From: Ignicoccus pacificus DSM 13166
Lineage (GTDB): Archaea; Thermoproteota; Thermoprotei_A; Sulfolobales; Ignicoccaceae
DNA length: 32,000 nt
Direction: 5' to 3'
Assembly (NCBI GenBank): GCA_025340205.1
Contig: CP006868.1
Span: forward strand, 1,050,001 to 1,082,000
Position 1 is the first letter of the stretch. Every line of letters begins with the position of its first letter. Position numbers and translations under genes: made by a program. The notes under the pieces were generated by a model. It was not told the origin of the DNA and did not search any database. It saw nothing but the letters and a program-made list of their open reading frames with translations. Below, piece by piece: positions 1 through 8,229 of this stretch.

Positions 1-325
1 CCAGCCTTTCCTCAGTTGCTTTGATATCATCCCTAAGCCTCTTCTCACAATTATCTATCTTCTTGTCGAGTCTTTCCTCTGTTGCCTTGATTTCAATTCT
101 AAGCTTCTGTTCAGTCTCCTTTATCATTTCTCTGTTCAATTGAATCTGCCTTGAAAGCTCATCGTACCTAAGCCTCACTTCATTTAGAACCATGAAGAGC
201 AATAGGAAGTTCGCTTCTTCGCTAGTCAAAGGCTTTCCGCTTTGGATCTTGTTTATCAACTCTCCGAACTTCTCTCTTGCAAAATCATAGGCAATCTCTA
301 AAGTCTTATCGACCAGGAAGGCCAA
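1..325 (-). CDS. Partial coiled-coil protein, 3' end beyond the left edge (not in supplied ORF track)
   Basis: Reverse-strand reading from a TTG at 325 is open to position 1: LAFLVDKTLEIAYDFAREKFGELINKIQSGKPLTSEEANFLLLFMVLNEVRLRYDELSRQIQLNREMIKETEQKLRIEIKATEERLDKKIDNCEKRLRDDIKATEERL. Repeated 'IKATEERL' heptad-like character. Confidence 0.6.
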   Translation of the reverse strand, partial: MAFLVDKTLEIAYDFAREKFGELINKIQSGKPLTSEEANFLLLFMVLNEVRLRYDELSRQIQLNREMIKETEQKLRIEIKATEERLDKKIDNCEKRLRDDIKATEERL

Positions 326-514
326 AGTTGAGCCCCGTCCTTAATGCTTTGAGGTAGTATTTGTGTGAAGAGAGTTAGGTGAAAGTACTGTGCTTCGAAT
401 ATCAATACTCAAGAGCAGTACTTAAACGAAGAACTAATCGAAAAGGAGGAAAGGCCATCTCTTTAGAGCTAGCGAACTCAAACACCTCTTGTTGCTTAGT
501 ACAGCGGTAAGACG

Positions 515-1348
515 TTGCTGCTCGTGTTAACTCCTTGTAGAGGAATGGGGGCTCGATTCCTCTCGTTCGAATTCGCTTCGATGTTAAAGACCTCCTCCTT
601 GCTTCGCAAGGTTTACTTACTTGATCTCAGCTCCGAACAGCTCTCTTCCTTCAATATATCGAGGAACTGCTTCTACGACTACTTGGTAGGGGACAGAGGA
701 ATCTCAAACGTCTTCGCCAGAATGCCCCATCCAGATCTCGACGGAGTTCTGGTATCTCGCTTGCTGGGAACTTGCTACGTCGAACCGGAGGAACTCTTTA
801 AGACCTTGAACGATGCGGAGGTGGTTCAGAACTTCATCAACTTCGTTAGAGTTGCCGAAGGTGAAGAAGGGGTAGGCTTGGTAATCTTCATGCCACTGGA
901 TCCAATAGGGATTCATTTTCTAAGGATTCTCGATTCGACTGACGTGAACTACACTTCAATATACGTCATAGGTGAGATGAACTACTGTACCTCAACTCCA
1001 ATACCGAAATTTATAAGAAACATCCACGGCATTGTAGTTAACAAAGTACCGAAGGCTATGTTCTTGAGGTTATTCGACGAAATAGATGAAACGGAAGCGG
1101 TTAGGAGCTCTCTCCCGCTAGGCTTAGTCTCAGCGCTGATTCTCGGCCTTACAAGGCATCTCTACGCACATTCGATAAGGGATTACCTTCCAGTGGCCTT
1201 GCGCATGGTACCAGACCAGTCACTGATATCGCTGAGGAACGTGCTGGACTACTTCTTGTTTACGCTGTTTAATAAGGGTGAGAGGAAGGTTTACGGTTAC
1301 ATGGGAGGCGCAGCTTATGAGCGCCCTTTAAGGGCTACTAGCAAGTGA
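515..1348 (+). CDS. Protein resembling the ParA/MinD/Mrp fold with degenerate P-loop (uncertain)
   Basis: 277-aa ORF; N-term 'MLLVLTPCRGMGARFLSFEFASMLKTSS..RKVYLLDLS' resembles the beta1-P-loop-alpha1-beta2 of MinD-like proteins but lacks GKT; 'VIFMPLDPIG' and 'GIVVNKVPK' also reminiscent. Confidence 0.45.
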   Translation: MLLVLTPCRGMGARFLSFEFASMLKTSSLLRKVYLLDLSSEQLSSFNISRNCFYDYLVGDRGISNVFARMPHPDLDGVLVSRLLGTCYVEPEELFKTLNDAEVVQNFINFVRVAEGEEGVGLVIFMPLDPIGIHFLRILDSTDVNYTSIYVIGEMNYCTSTPIPKFIRNIHGIVVNKVPKAMFLRLFDEIDETEAVRSSLPLGLVSALILGLTRHLYAHSIRDYLPVALRMVPDQSLISLRNVLDYFLFTLFNKGERKVYGYMGGAAYERPLRATSK

Positions 1349-1712
1349 TGTGGATTATTCCCAAGACCTTCTTACCCTCCTCTACCAACTCGTTGAACCT
1401 CTCTATCGCTTTGGGTGAAGGTAGGGTGACGTAGCTTATTCCCTTCTCTTCTAGAAGCTTTTTAGCACCTTCCATTATCGGAAGGGCGCCGTAAATTCCG
1501 GTCCCTATTACTACCACTTCGACTCCCTCCTTCAAGTACTTCTCAATCTCTTCCCTTGATAGAGGAGTGTGGCCGTAAAGGCTCTTGTACTTCTTCGAGG
1601 GTTCCTTATCCCTCTTTCTCGTCGTTCCATCCCAGTAGATCACAACGTCATGATGATAAGACTTACCCTTAACTATCACTTCTCCAAAAGAAACTGAGTC
1701 GATGATTCTCAA
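1338..1712 (-). CDS. Mth938-like / DUF498 domain protein
   Basis: C-terminal part of the 241-aa ORF: 'LRIIDSVSFGEVIVKGKSYHHDVVIYWDGTTRKRDK...VEVVVIGTGIYGALPIMEGAKKLLEEKGISYVTLPSPKAIERFNELVEEGKKVLGIIHITC'. TTG start at 1712 preceded by AGGAGAG. The N-terminal part of the long ORF is low-complexity and overlaps another gene, so is probably spurious. Confidence 0.7.
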   Translation of the reverse strand: MRIIDSVSFGEVIVKGKSYHHDVVIYWDGTTRKRDKEPSKKYKSLYGHTPLSREEIEKYLKEGVEVVVIGTGIYGALPIMEGAKKLLEEKGISYVTLPSPKAIERFNELVEEGKKVLGIIHITC

Positions 1713-1729
1713 TTTCTCTCCTAATAGGA

Positions 1730-2044
1730 CTAAGAAAACAGCTCCTTTAAAACTTCCTCGACAGGAGTTCCCGGTTCCTTCTCTATATACCTCATCCCTA
1801 GCTCGGTGACCCAGTCCCTTCCCCCGTGTCCTTGCAGGGGAGGTCCGACTACCACTTCCACCCCCTTGCTCGCCAAGAACTCGGCTAAGGTTCTGCCTCT
1901 CCTTCTCTCCATCTTTATCGCCGGATTCAACGTCCTCTCCGCTTCCTTCCCGTCCTCGAATATGCACACTAAGGGAGCTAGGCCGAAGTGATGGGCCACC
2001 TTGCACTGACCCTTCAAACACTCGCATACTATTGCGACCTTCAC
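1730..2044 (-). CDS. Dinitrogenase iron-molybdenum cofactor biosynthesis (NifX/NifB C-terminal-like) domain protein
   Basis: 104-aa ORF 'MKVAIVCECLKGQCKVAHHFGLAPLVCIFEDGKE...TLAEFLASKGVEVVVGPPLQGHGGRDWVTELGMRYIEKEPGTPVEEVLKELFS'; typical 'V..HFG.A..F..' start and central G-rich helix region. Confidence 0.65.
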   Translation of the reverse strand: MKVAIVCECLKGQCKVAHHFGLAPLVCIFEDGKEAERTLNPAIKMERRRGRTLAEFLASKGVEVVVGPPLQGHGGRDWVTELGMRYIEKEPGTPVEEVLKELFS

Positions 2045-2213
2045 GTTCCTTACCCATCTTCAAGGACTTGGAGGAGGTATATTGGTTTAGGCAATGCTAA
2101 TCTGACCGGAAAGAAATTCGATATAGAATGTATAGGCAGCCTCAACCGATTACACCCTTCGAAGTCAAGGCCGAAAAGAGTACAGATGTTCTTCGCTTAC
2201 CGAGGCAGAAATC

Positions 2214-3563
2214 ATGAGCGAGAATCTCTTGATGAGATGCGATCAATGCTCCATGAGCTTAACTGGCGGGTGTACCGTAAGAGGTGTCTGTGGAAAGGAT
2301 CCTGACCTCAACTCACTCCAAGAGGCCCTCATTTACGGCTTGAAGGGTACAGCTGCCTACTACTACCACGCCCTAGAACATGGATATAAGGACCCAGAAA
2401 TAGATGAATTCATGGCCAAGGCTCTTTACATGACTCTTACTAACGTGAATTTCAACAAGGAACACTTCATTAATGCTATATTAGAAAACGGCAGAATTCA
2501 CCTAAAAGCTATGGAATTGCTCGACAAGGCGTACGTGGAGACCTACGGGAAGCCTCAGCCGGTTGAGGTGAGTACGGGAACTGAGGAAGGTCATGGAATT
2601 CTGGTAACCGGTCACTCCTACAAGGCGCTCTACGAGCTCCTCAAGCAGATAAGGGAAATGGGTCTCGAGGATCAGATAAAGGTCTACACTCATTCTGAGA
2701 TGCTCCCCGCGCACTCCTACCCCAAGTTCAAGGAGTTCAGTAACTTGTGCTGTAACTGGGGAGGTAGCTGGGTATACCAGAGGAAGGAGTTCTCCCAGTT
2801 CCCCGGTCCCATACTGGGAACGAGCAACTGTGTGCAAGAACCTCTTCCGAGCTATGAAGATAGAATGTACACCGTAAGCGTGGCCGGTCTGGAAAAGGGG
2901 AAGCATATTGAGGGATGGAACTATAAGGAACTAATCGAGCACGCCTTGAAGACTCCTAAGCTGGAGAAGAAGGAGGGTCCGAAGATAGTCACCGGCTTCC
3001 ACCATACCAACGTGCTACCGTTAATGGATAAGATAATAGACTTAATACACGAGGGCAAGATAAGACACGTCTTCGTCATAGGAGGTTGTGATGTGCCCAA
3101 TCCCAAGATGAGTTACTACGATAAGTTGACAGAGATAGTCCCCAAGGACTCTATAATACTCAGCGCTGCTTGTGCCAAGTTCCGCTATAACATGAGGGAC
3201 TACGGCGACATCGAGGGTATTCCAAGGTTCTTGGACTTCGGTCAATGTAATAACGTATACTCGATAATAGTGCTAGCTGCCGAGCTTGCCAAGAGGTTGA
3301 ACAAGGACCTAAACGAGCTTCCAGTGAGCATAGTGCTCAGCTGGATGGAGCAGAAGGCGGTCGGAATACTCTACACGCTCCTCTACTTAGGAATAAGGGG
3401 AATCTACATCGGTCCCGTGGCACCTCAGTTCTTCACCCCGAACGTGCTCAACCAGCTCGTGAAGAGGTTCGATCTGAGGTTGATAGGAGATCCGGAGGAG
3501 GACTTGAAGCACATGCTGAAGAACGGGAGCAGGGTAGAGGAGGGAACCCCCCTCTCCAACTAA
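2214..3563 (+). CDS. hcp: Hybrid cluster protein (prismane/Ni-CODH-like family), compact archaeal form
   Basis: 449-aa ORF; N-term Cys motif 'CDQCSMSLTGGCTVRGVCGKDPDLNSLQEALIYGLKG'; later 'SNLCCNWGGSW', 'GTSNCVQEP', 'VIGGCDVPNP', 'SAACAKFRYN', 'FGQCNN' typical of Hcp metal ligands. Confidence 0.93.
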   Translation: MSENLLMRCDQCSMSLTGGCTVRGVCGKDPDLNSLQEALIYGLKGTAAYYYHALEHGYKDPEIDEFMAKALYMTLTNVNFNKEHFINAILENGRIHLKAMELLDKAYVETYGKPQPVEVSTGTEEGHGILVTGHSYKALYELLKQIREMGLEDQIKVYTHSEMLPAHSYPKFKEFSNLCCNWGGSWVYQRKEFSQFPGPILGTSNCVQEPLPSYEDRMYTVSVAGLEKGKHIEGWNYKELIEHALKTPKLEKKEGPKIVTGFHHTNVLPLMDKIIDLIHEGKIRHVFVIGGCDVPNPKMSYYDKLTEIVPKDSIILSAACAKFRYNMRDYGDIEGIPRFLDFGQCNNVYSIIVLAAELAKRLNKDLNELPVSIVLSWMEQKAVGILYTLLYLGIRGIYIGPVAPQFFTPNVLNQLVKRFDLRLIGDPEEDLKHMLKNGSRVEEGTPLSN

Positions 3564-4252
3564 CACATTATCTCAAGAGGCTTTTTGCACTCAACGAAGC
3601 TACCCTTCAAACACTTTTCGAGCTTATCTACAAAGCCCTTAACCTCTTCTTCGCTTCCTAAGATATTCGTGAAGTAGTCCTTGTAGGGTTCCTTCAATAA
3701 GTTCATGAGAGGCAGTCCTCCGGTGCTCAAGGGAATCAACGGAAGAAGGACCAAGTCTCTGAAGGTCTCGTGTACGTAGTATATCGCTTCTACCGATGGA
3801 ACCTTGGTAAGGGCAATAGCTGTGGCGTAAGCCGACTCGGGCTTGAAGCCTCCAGTAAGGTTCAAGTAGTACTTGTTCTTACCAGCTATCTCCTTGTTCA
3901 AGCAGCAAGTTAAGCTTAGAAGACCAACGTAGAAGGAGTGAGGTGAGTTCTTGCCTAGCTCCTTGACCACGTAGGCTTTAACAGAAGGCTTCAATTCTCC
4001 TAGAGGAGTCTTGACTCCTCTCCCTAATGCCTTGAATACAGTAGCGTAAGCGACTTGACCCGCGAGAGTATCCGTACAGAGGAGCGTTACCTCATCCACA
4101 TTTTTGAAATTGGAATAGAACTTATTCAAGGCGTTGAGTTCCGCAGACCAAGCCTCAAGATCCTCGGAAACCAAGGAGGCTAGGCGCTCAACTACCTCGC
4201 AGAGCCCCTCTACTCTCCTTTCATTGAGTATGTCCGATACCTTTTCCCTCAT
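3560..4252 (-). CDS. CARF-domain CRISPR-associated protein, APE2256 family (ring nuclease/Csx-like)
   Basis: 230 aa; 'VTLLCTDTLAGQVAYATVFKAL' plus hallmark 'YYLNLTGGFKPESAYATAIALTKVPSVEAIYYVHETFRDLVLLPLIPL'. No clear HEPN (Rx4-6H) effector domain. Confidence 0.8.
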   Translation of the reverse strand: MREKVSDILNERRVEGLCEVVERLASLVSEDLEAWSAELNALNKFYSNFKNVDEVTLLCTDTLAGQVAYATVFKALGRGVKTPLGELKPSVKAYVVKELGKNSPHSFYVGLLSLTCCLNKEIAGKNKYYLNLTGGFKPESAYATAIALTKVPSVEAIYYVHETFRDLVLLPLIPLSTGGLPLMNLLKEPYKDYFTNILGSEEEVKGFVDKLEKCLKGSFVECKKPLEIMC

Positions 4253-4387
4253 CCTCTCGTCAACGTTAAATTTGGGGATTCAAGGCATTTCTCAATATAG
4301 ATGTGCCGACGGTTACCAGGTGGACGTTCAAGGGGGATCCCCAGCTCTTCCTAGAGCCTTATAGCTAATTTCTCGATACGTAAGCTC

Positions 4388-5278
4388 GTGGGAGCGTTGG
4401 AGATCGAGCTGGACTCGGCGTATCGAAGGGATCAAGTGGAGAGAACTTGTAAGTGGTTCATGGATAGTCATAGAGATATAATAAAGAAAGTAATGGAAAT
4501 TGAGGATAACCAAACGCTGGACATTCCGGAATACCTCAGTCATGAGGACGTATTCGTGAAGATAATTCCCAGTGGCTTCGAGTACGATTGGTTTGTGAAT
4601 TATGGAAAGGAAATAGCGAGGAGGTTGAGGGGAGTAGGAGGAGCCTATCCAGTAATAGGAGCTTGCATGATATCGCCTACCCTTACTGTAGAAGGAGAGC
4701 TTAGCGAGGAGGACATGGAGATGTTAATCTTCGAGTTAATAGCTAACAGAAGCTTGACATTATTCATGAGTGATCTGTTTCCAGGAATGACTTTGGTAGA
4801 GTACGCTGAGAACGCTGATCCCATGAGCTTGAGGGAAGTGTTCGTAGAGGTCGTAGGGGTGGCGGCGGAGGTGGAGAGCTCCGGAGTCCTGCACGGCGAC
4901 ATACATCCGAGGAACGTTATGATCAATAGAGGCGAGGTGGCGCTTGTGGACTTCGACAGCTCTGCCTTGCTAGAGGATCCCTCATCCTTCTACAAGGTCC
5001 CTGGAATACTACCCTATAACCTCATGATATACGTTGAGGAAACTGAAATGAAGGACTTCGCCTCCCTAGTCTTTATGCCTCCAGAGCTCTTGGCGTTAGC
5101 GGACCCCTCATTTGGAAGGAGGTACGAGCAGGTCCAAGACCCGGTAGAGCTGTTGGACTTCCGTGAGCTTGAGAAGGTGTTCGGAAAGGGGTATATGGGA
5201 ATGCTCAAGAAAGCGGTTGAGGGAAACGCTCCTAAAGAGAGGCCGGTAAGGGCCTTGCTTCGCTCCCTCACTTCTTGA
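4388..5278 (+). CDS. Protein-kinase-like (Bud32/RIO-type) protein
   Basis: 296 aa; catalytic loop 'GVLHGDIHPRNVMI' followed by 'VALVDFDSSA'. Confidence 0.7.
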   Translation: MGALEIELDSAYRRDQVERTCKWFMDSHRDIIKKVMEIEDNQTLDIPEYLSHEDVFVKIIPSGFEYDWFVNYGKEIARRLRGVGGAYPVIGACMISPTLTVEGELSEEDMEMLIFELIANRSLTLFMSDLFPGMTLVEYAENADPMSLREVFVEVVGVAAEVESSGVLHGDIHPRNVMINRGEVALVDFDSSALLEDPSSFYKVPGILPYNLMIYVEETEMKDFASLVFMPPELLALADPSFGRRYEQVQDPVELLDFRELEKVFGKGYMGMLKKAVEGNAPKERPVRALLRSLTS

Positions 5279-6608
5279 GCTCCTTCTTGTACTCCTCGAA
5301 TACCCTCTTGACCTTCTCCCTCCACTGAGGGAACTCTTGAGGGCTCTGAGGGTAGTTCTTGTACAGCTCTCTGATCTCCCCCATGTAGTCAGCCACTACC
5401 TTCAGCTTTGCGAGCAAGGAGGGCTTCCCTAGAGCCTTTATCACTCTCATTATCTTATCCGCCGTCTTTATCTCCAGCTTACCCTTCAGGGAAGCTTCAA
5501 GTAAGTCCTCTTCCTTTATTATCTTGTTCTTCATTCCGTAGTTTATCTCATCGTCGCTTAACGATTGGAGGAAGAGCCTAAAGACATCTAAGGCAGCTTG
5601 CTTAGCTCCGTAAGCATTCATGAAGTCTATGTTATAGTGCCACAAGTTCTCCTCTGTGGGCTCCTCCTCCAGGGCCTTTATGGCGGTCTTGGCTAAGAGG
5701 TATGCACCGAGCATTCCGGAGCCTATTCCTCCACCGTGGATGGGGTTGACTTGGTAAGCGGCATCTCCGGCGGCGGCGAATCCGTTGGCTACCATGCTGT
5801 CTAAGGGTCTTCTCGTAGGAACGACCCCTCCACCGGCGTGGAGGACCTTACTACCTTGGAACTCCGGTCTAGGAGCCAAGTACTTGTGGAAGTACCACAT
5901 TGGATCCTTGTGGCCGACTCCGCCCTGAACTCCGAGGCCCACGTTTATCTTCTTGGTGCCGGGGTAGGGGAAGAGCCACCAGTACCCTCCGGGAGCCTTC
6001 TCTTGACTCACGTAGATCCTTATGTAATGCTCATCGGGAACCTGCTCCTTCACCTCCCTTATCTCTCTATAAGCCACAGCCGTGTCCTTGAGGTCCAAGG
6101 GCTCGGAAACGGACCAAGTCTTAGGAAGGGCCCTCCTTACTATGGAAACTACTCCAGAGGCATCTATCACCAATCTAGCTTCTATGGTCTCGACCTTACC
6201 CTTCCTCCTTACGGTTACGCCTCTCACCTTCCCCTCCTTGACTATGGGACCCAAGACCCTTGTCTCGAAGGAGAACTCGACTCCGGCGTCCTTGGCTAGG
6301 GAGTAAAGCCACCTCCCGAAGTTTCTTCTGTTAAGCATGTATCCCTCTCCTGGGACCGTCCAGATGGTCTTTTCGTCAGGAGAGTAGAGCTTGGCTCCCA
6401 CTATCTCTCCTTCGGTAGCCTCTTTAGGAGGGTAACCTATGGGTATCTTCTCGAAGTACTCCTTACTTATGGCATCTCCGCATACCTTGTTTCCTAGCTC
6501 CTCCTCGCTTTTGAGCTCAGTGACCAATACCTTGTAGCCTTTCTCAGCTAAGAACTTGGCAGCTACCAGTCCAGTGGTCCCGGCACCTACTACCACTACG
6601 TCGTACAT
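5268..6608 (-). CDS. Geranylgeranyl reductase family FAD-dependent enzyme (archaeal lipid saturation)
   Basis: 446 aa; N-term 'YDVVVVGAGTTGLVAAKFLAEKGYKVLVTE' Rossmann motif, 'VCGDAISKEYF', 'VIDASGVVSIVRR', 'FAAAGDAAYQVNPIHGGGIGSGM' typical of the family. Confidence 0.9.
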   Translation of the reverse strand: MYDVVVVGAGTTGLVAAKFLAEKGYKVLVTELKSEEELGNKVCGDAISKEYFEKIPIGYPPKEATEGEIVGAKLYSPDEKTIWTVPGEGYMLNRRNFGRWLYSLAKDAGVEFSFETRVLGPIVKEGKVRGVTVRRKGKVETIEARLVIDASGVVSIVRRALPKTWSVSEPLDLKDTAVAYREIREVKEQVPDEHYIRIYVSQEKAPGGYWWLFPYPGTKKINVGLGVQGGVGHKDPMWYFHKYLAPRPEFQGSKVLHAGGGVVPTRRPLDSMVANGFAAAGDAAYQVNPIHGGGIGSGMLGAYLLAKTAIKALEEEPTEENLWHYNIDFMNAYGAKQAALDVFRLFLQSLSDDEINYGMKNKIIKEEDLLEASLKGKLEIKTADKIMRVIKALGKPSLLAKLKVVADYMGEIRELYKNYPQSPQEFPQWREKVKRVFEEYKKELKK

Positions 6609-6736
6609 CTTCCCTAAACCCTACGCGATTCTCCTTTGATTCATTTTAAAAGGAAAGGAGGGAGCGACGGAAAACCTTTACTTTCCATGTTAAGGAAGAA
6701 ACTATTAAGCAAGTATCAAGAGACCAACGACGAGCG

Positions 6737-7159
6737 ATGAAGGCGGTAACGATAACACTCCCACTTCTCCCTTTTGCCTTAGATTTCACGAAGATCTACG
6801 TAGATAGCTACAGCACCCCGTCGCTCACCCTCGTAAGGACTTCTTCGAGAACTATCATCGTTATCAAGATGATTGGGGTGTCTCTCGGAGACGAGGTTGC
6901 TATGCCTATACTGCTTATCTTCGAAGCGCTCGGCAAAGATAATTCGTACAGCGGCAACTTAACGAGGACGACGATCTTCAAGGAACGAGCCTTCATACCA
7001 CCCTACCTCAGCACAACCGCTCTTACTTTCAATGAGACAAACCTTGACGAACTAACTAGCAAGATGATGAACGAGGTGGTAAAGGTTCTGAAGAACTTCT
7101 CTGTAACCCTCGTGATTACCATGTATGCAGAAGATGGATTATGTTCTTCTGGTCATTAA
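6737..7159 (+). CDS. Hypothetical protein
   Basis: 140-aa ORF with ATG start; Thr/Ile/Leu-rich, no recognised domain; competing short ORF on the opposite strand. Confidence 0.45.
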   Translation: MKAVTITLPLLPFALDFTKIYVDSYSTPSLTLVRTSSRTIIVIKMIGVSLGDEVAMPILLIFEALGKDNSYSGNLTRTTIFKERAFIPPYLSTTALTFNETNLDELTSKMMNEVVKVLKNFSVTLVITMYAEDGLCSSGH

Positions 7160-7218
7160 GAGGAGCGCTCTACTGCCTTAATTCTCGCCCAGACGAGCGG
7201 AGGAGGGAGAGAACGAGG

Positions 7219-8229
7219 ATGAAGGTGAGCAAGTTCTGGAAGGCCTTTTGTGAGCTCTGCAAGCCCAAGAGGCCGGTAGAAAGACCAAAGGTAGTTACCC
7301 TACATCACAACGACTTCGACGGAATAATGGGCGCCATAGCCCTATATCGCTTGCACTCGGCCGATAGGTATAAGACGATTCCGAGCTCCAGAAGGAAGTT
7401 CCTTGAGAGCTTTAAGAAGGTAGTGAAGGAAGAACCGGAGTTGCTCTACATAGTTGACATAGGTCCTAATGAGAGCGAGTTGGATGAAATAAGGGAGATC
7501 TTAAAGGAGAAGAACTTCAAGTTGGTGTGGATGGACCATCACAAGTGGAGCGAGAAGGTATTGGAGACGGTCAAGGAGTTGGCGGACGAGGTCGTTTACG
7601 ACAGAAGCACGTGCGGAGCTGGGCTGGCCGCTAGGTATGCTAAGGAGAAAGGGGCAGATCTATGTTCTTGCTGCGAGGAGCTGGTAAATCTGAGCTGTGA
7701 TATAGACTTGTGGATTAGAAGTGATCCGAGAAGCGAGAAGATGAGCATTGCTTTAGGTAACAGGAAGTGGAGGTCCTACCTAATAGAGAAGCTCTGGAGG
7801 TGCGTGAGTTGGGACAAGGACTGGGAGGATGCATACCAAGAAGTAATAGATGAAATGAAGGAGTTCTTAGATAGGGTGCTAACTAAGGCAATTAAGTTCG
7901 AGGTTAAGGGAGTGAGTGTAATTGTAGTTCCCATAACTAGGAAGGAGATAGCTTGGGTGTCCTTCTTAGCTGAGTTCTTAAGGCAGAGGGATAGCTATGA
8001 CGTAATAATCTTCGAGAGCGACGTAGGAAGCCTTCACATGAGAAGGGGAAGCGAAAAGGTTGACCTAAGCGAGCTAGCTAGGAAGCTGGGAGGAGGGGGA
8101 CATCCAGCGGCTGCTGGAGCCTCAGTTCCCTACTCCTTCTTCGATAGACTTCTCCATAAGCTAACCATGAGGCCTAGGAAGGTTGAAGTGGTCAGGAGGG
8201 CCCTAGAGGAGCTCTTGAACAAACGTTAG
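7219..8229 (+). CDS. DHH family phosphoesterase (DHH/DHHA1)
   Basis: Internal ATG at 7219 after AGG-rich sequence is a better start than 7141. 'VVTLHHNDFDGIMGAIALYRL', 'VVDIGPN'-like 'YIVDIGPNESEL', 'LVWMDHHKWSE', C-terminal 'MRRGSEKVDLSELARKLGGGGHPAAAGAS'. Confidence 0.88.
   Translation: MKVSKFWKAFCELCKPKRPVERPKVVTLHHNDFDGIMGAIALYRLHSADRYKTIPSSRRKFLESFKKVVKEEPELLYIVDIGPNESELDEIREILKEKNFKLVWMDHHKWSEKVLETVKELADEVVYDRSTCGAGLAARYAKEKGADLCSCCEELVNLSCDIDLWIRSDPRSEKMSIALGNRKWRSYLIEKLWRCVSWDKDWEDAYQEVIDEMKEFLDRVLTKAIKFEVKGVSVIVVPITRKEIAWVSFLAEFLRQRDSYDVIIFESDVGSLHMRRGSEKVDLSELARKLGGGGHPAAAGASVPYSFFDRLLHKLTMRPRKVEVVRRALEELLNKR

Noticed and set aside
2502-3245. Minus-strand ORFs inside hcp
   Set aside because: Antisense shadows of a clearly recognisable metalloprotein with conserved Cys motifs.
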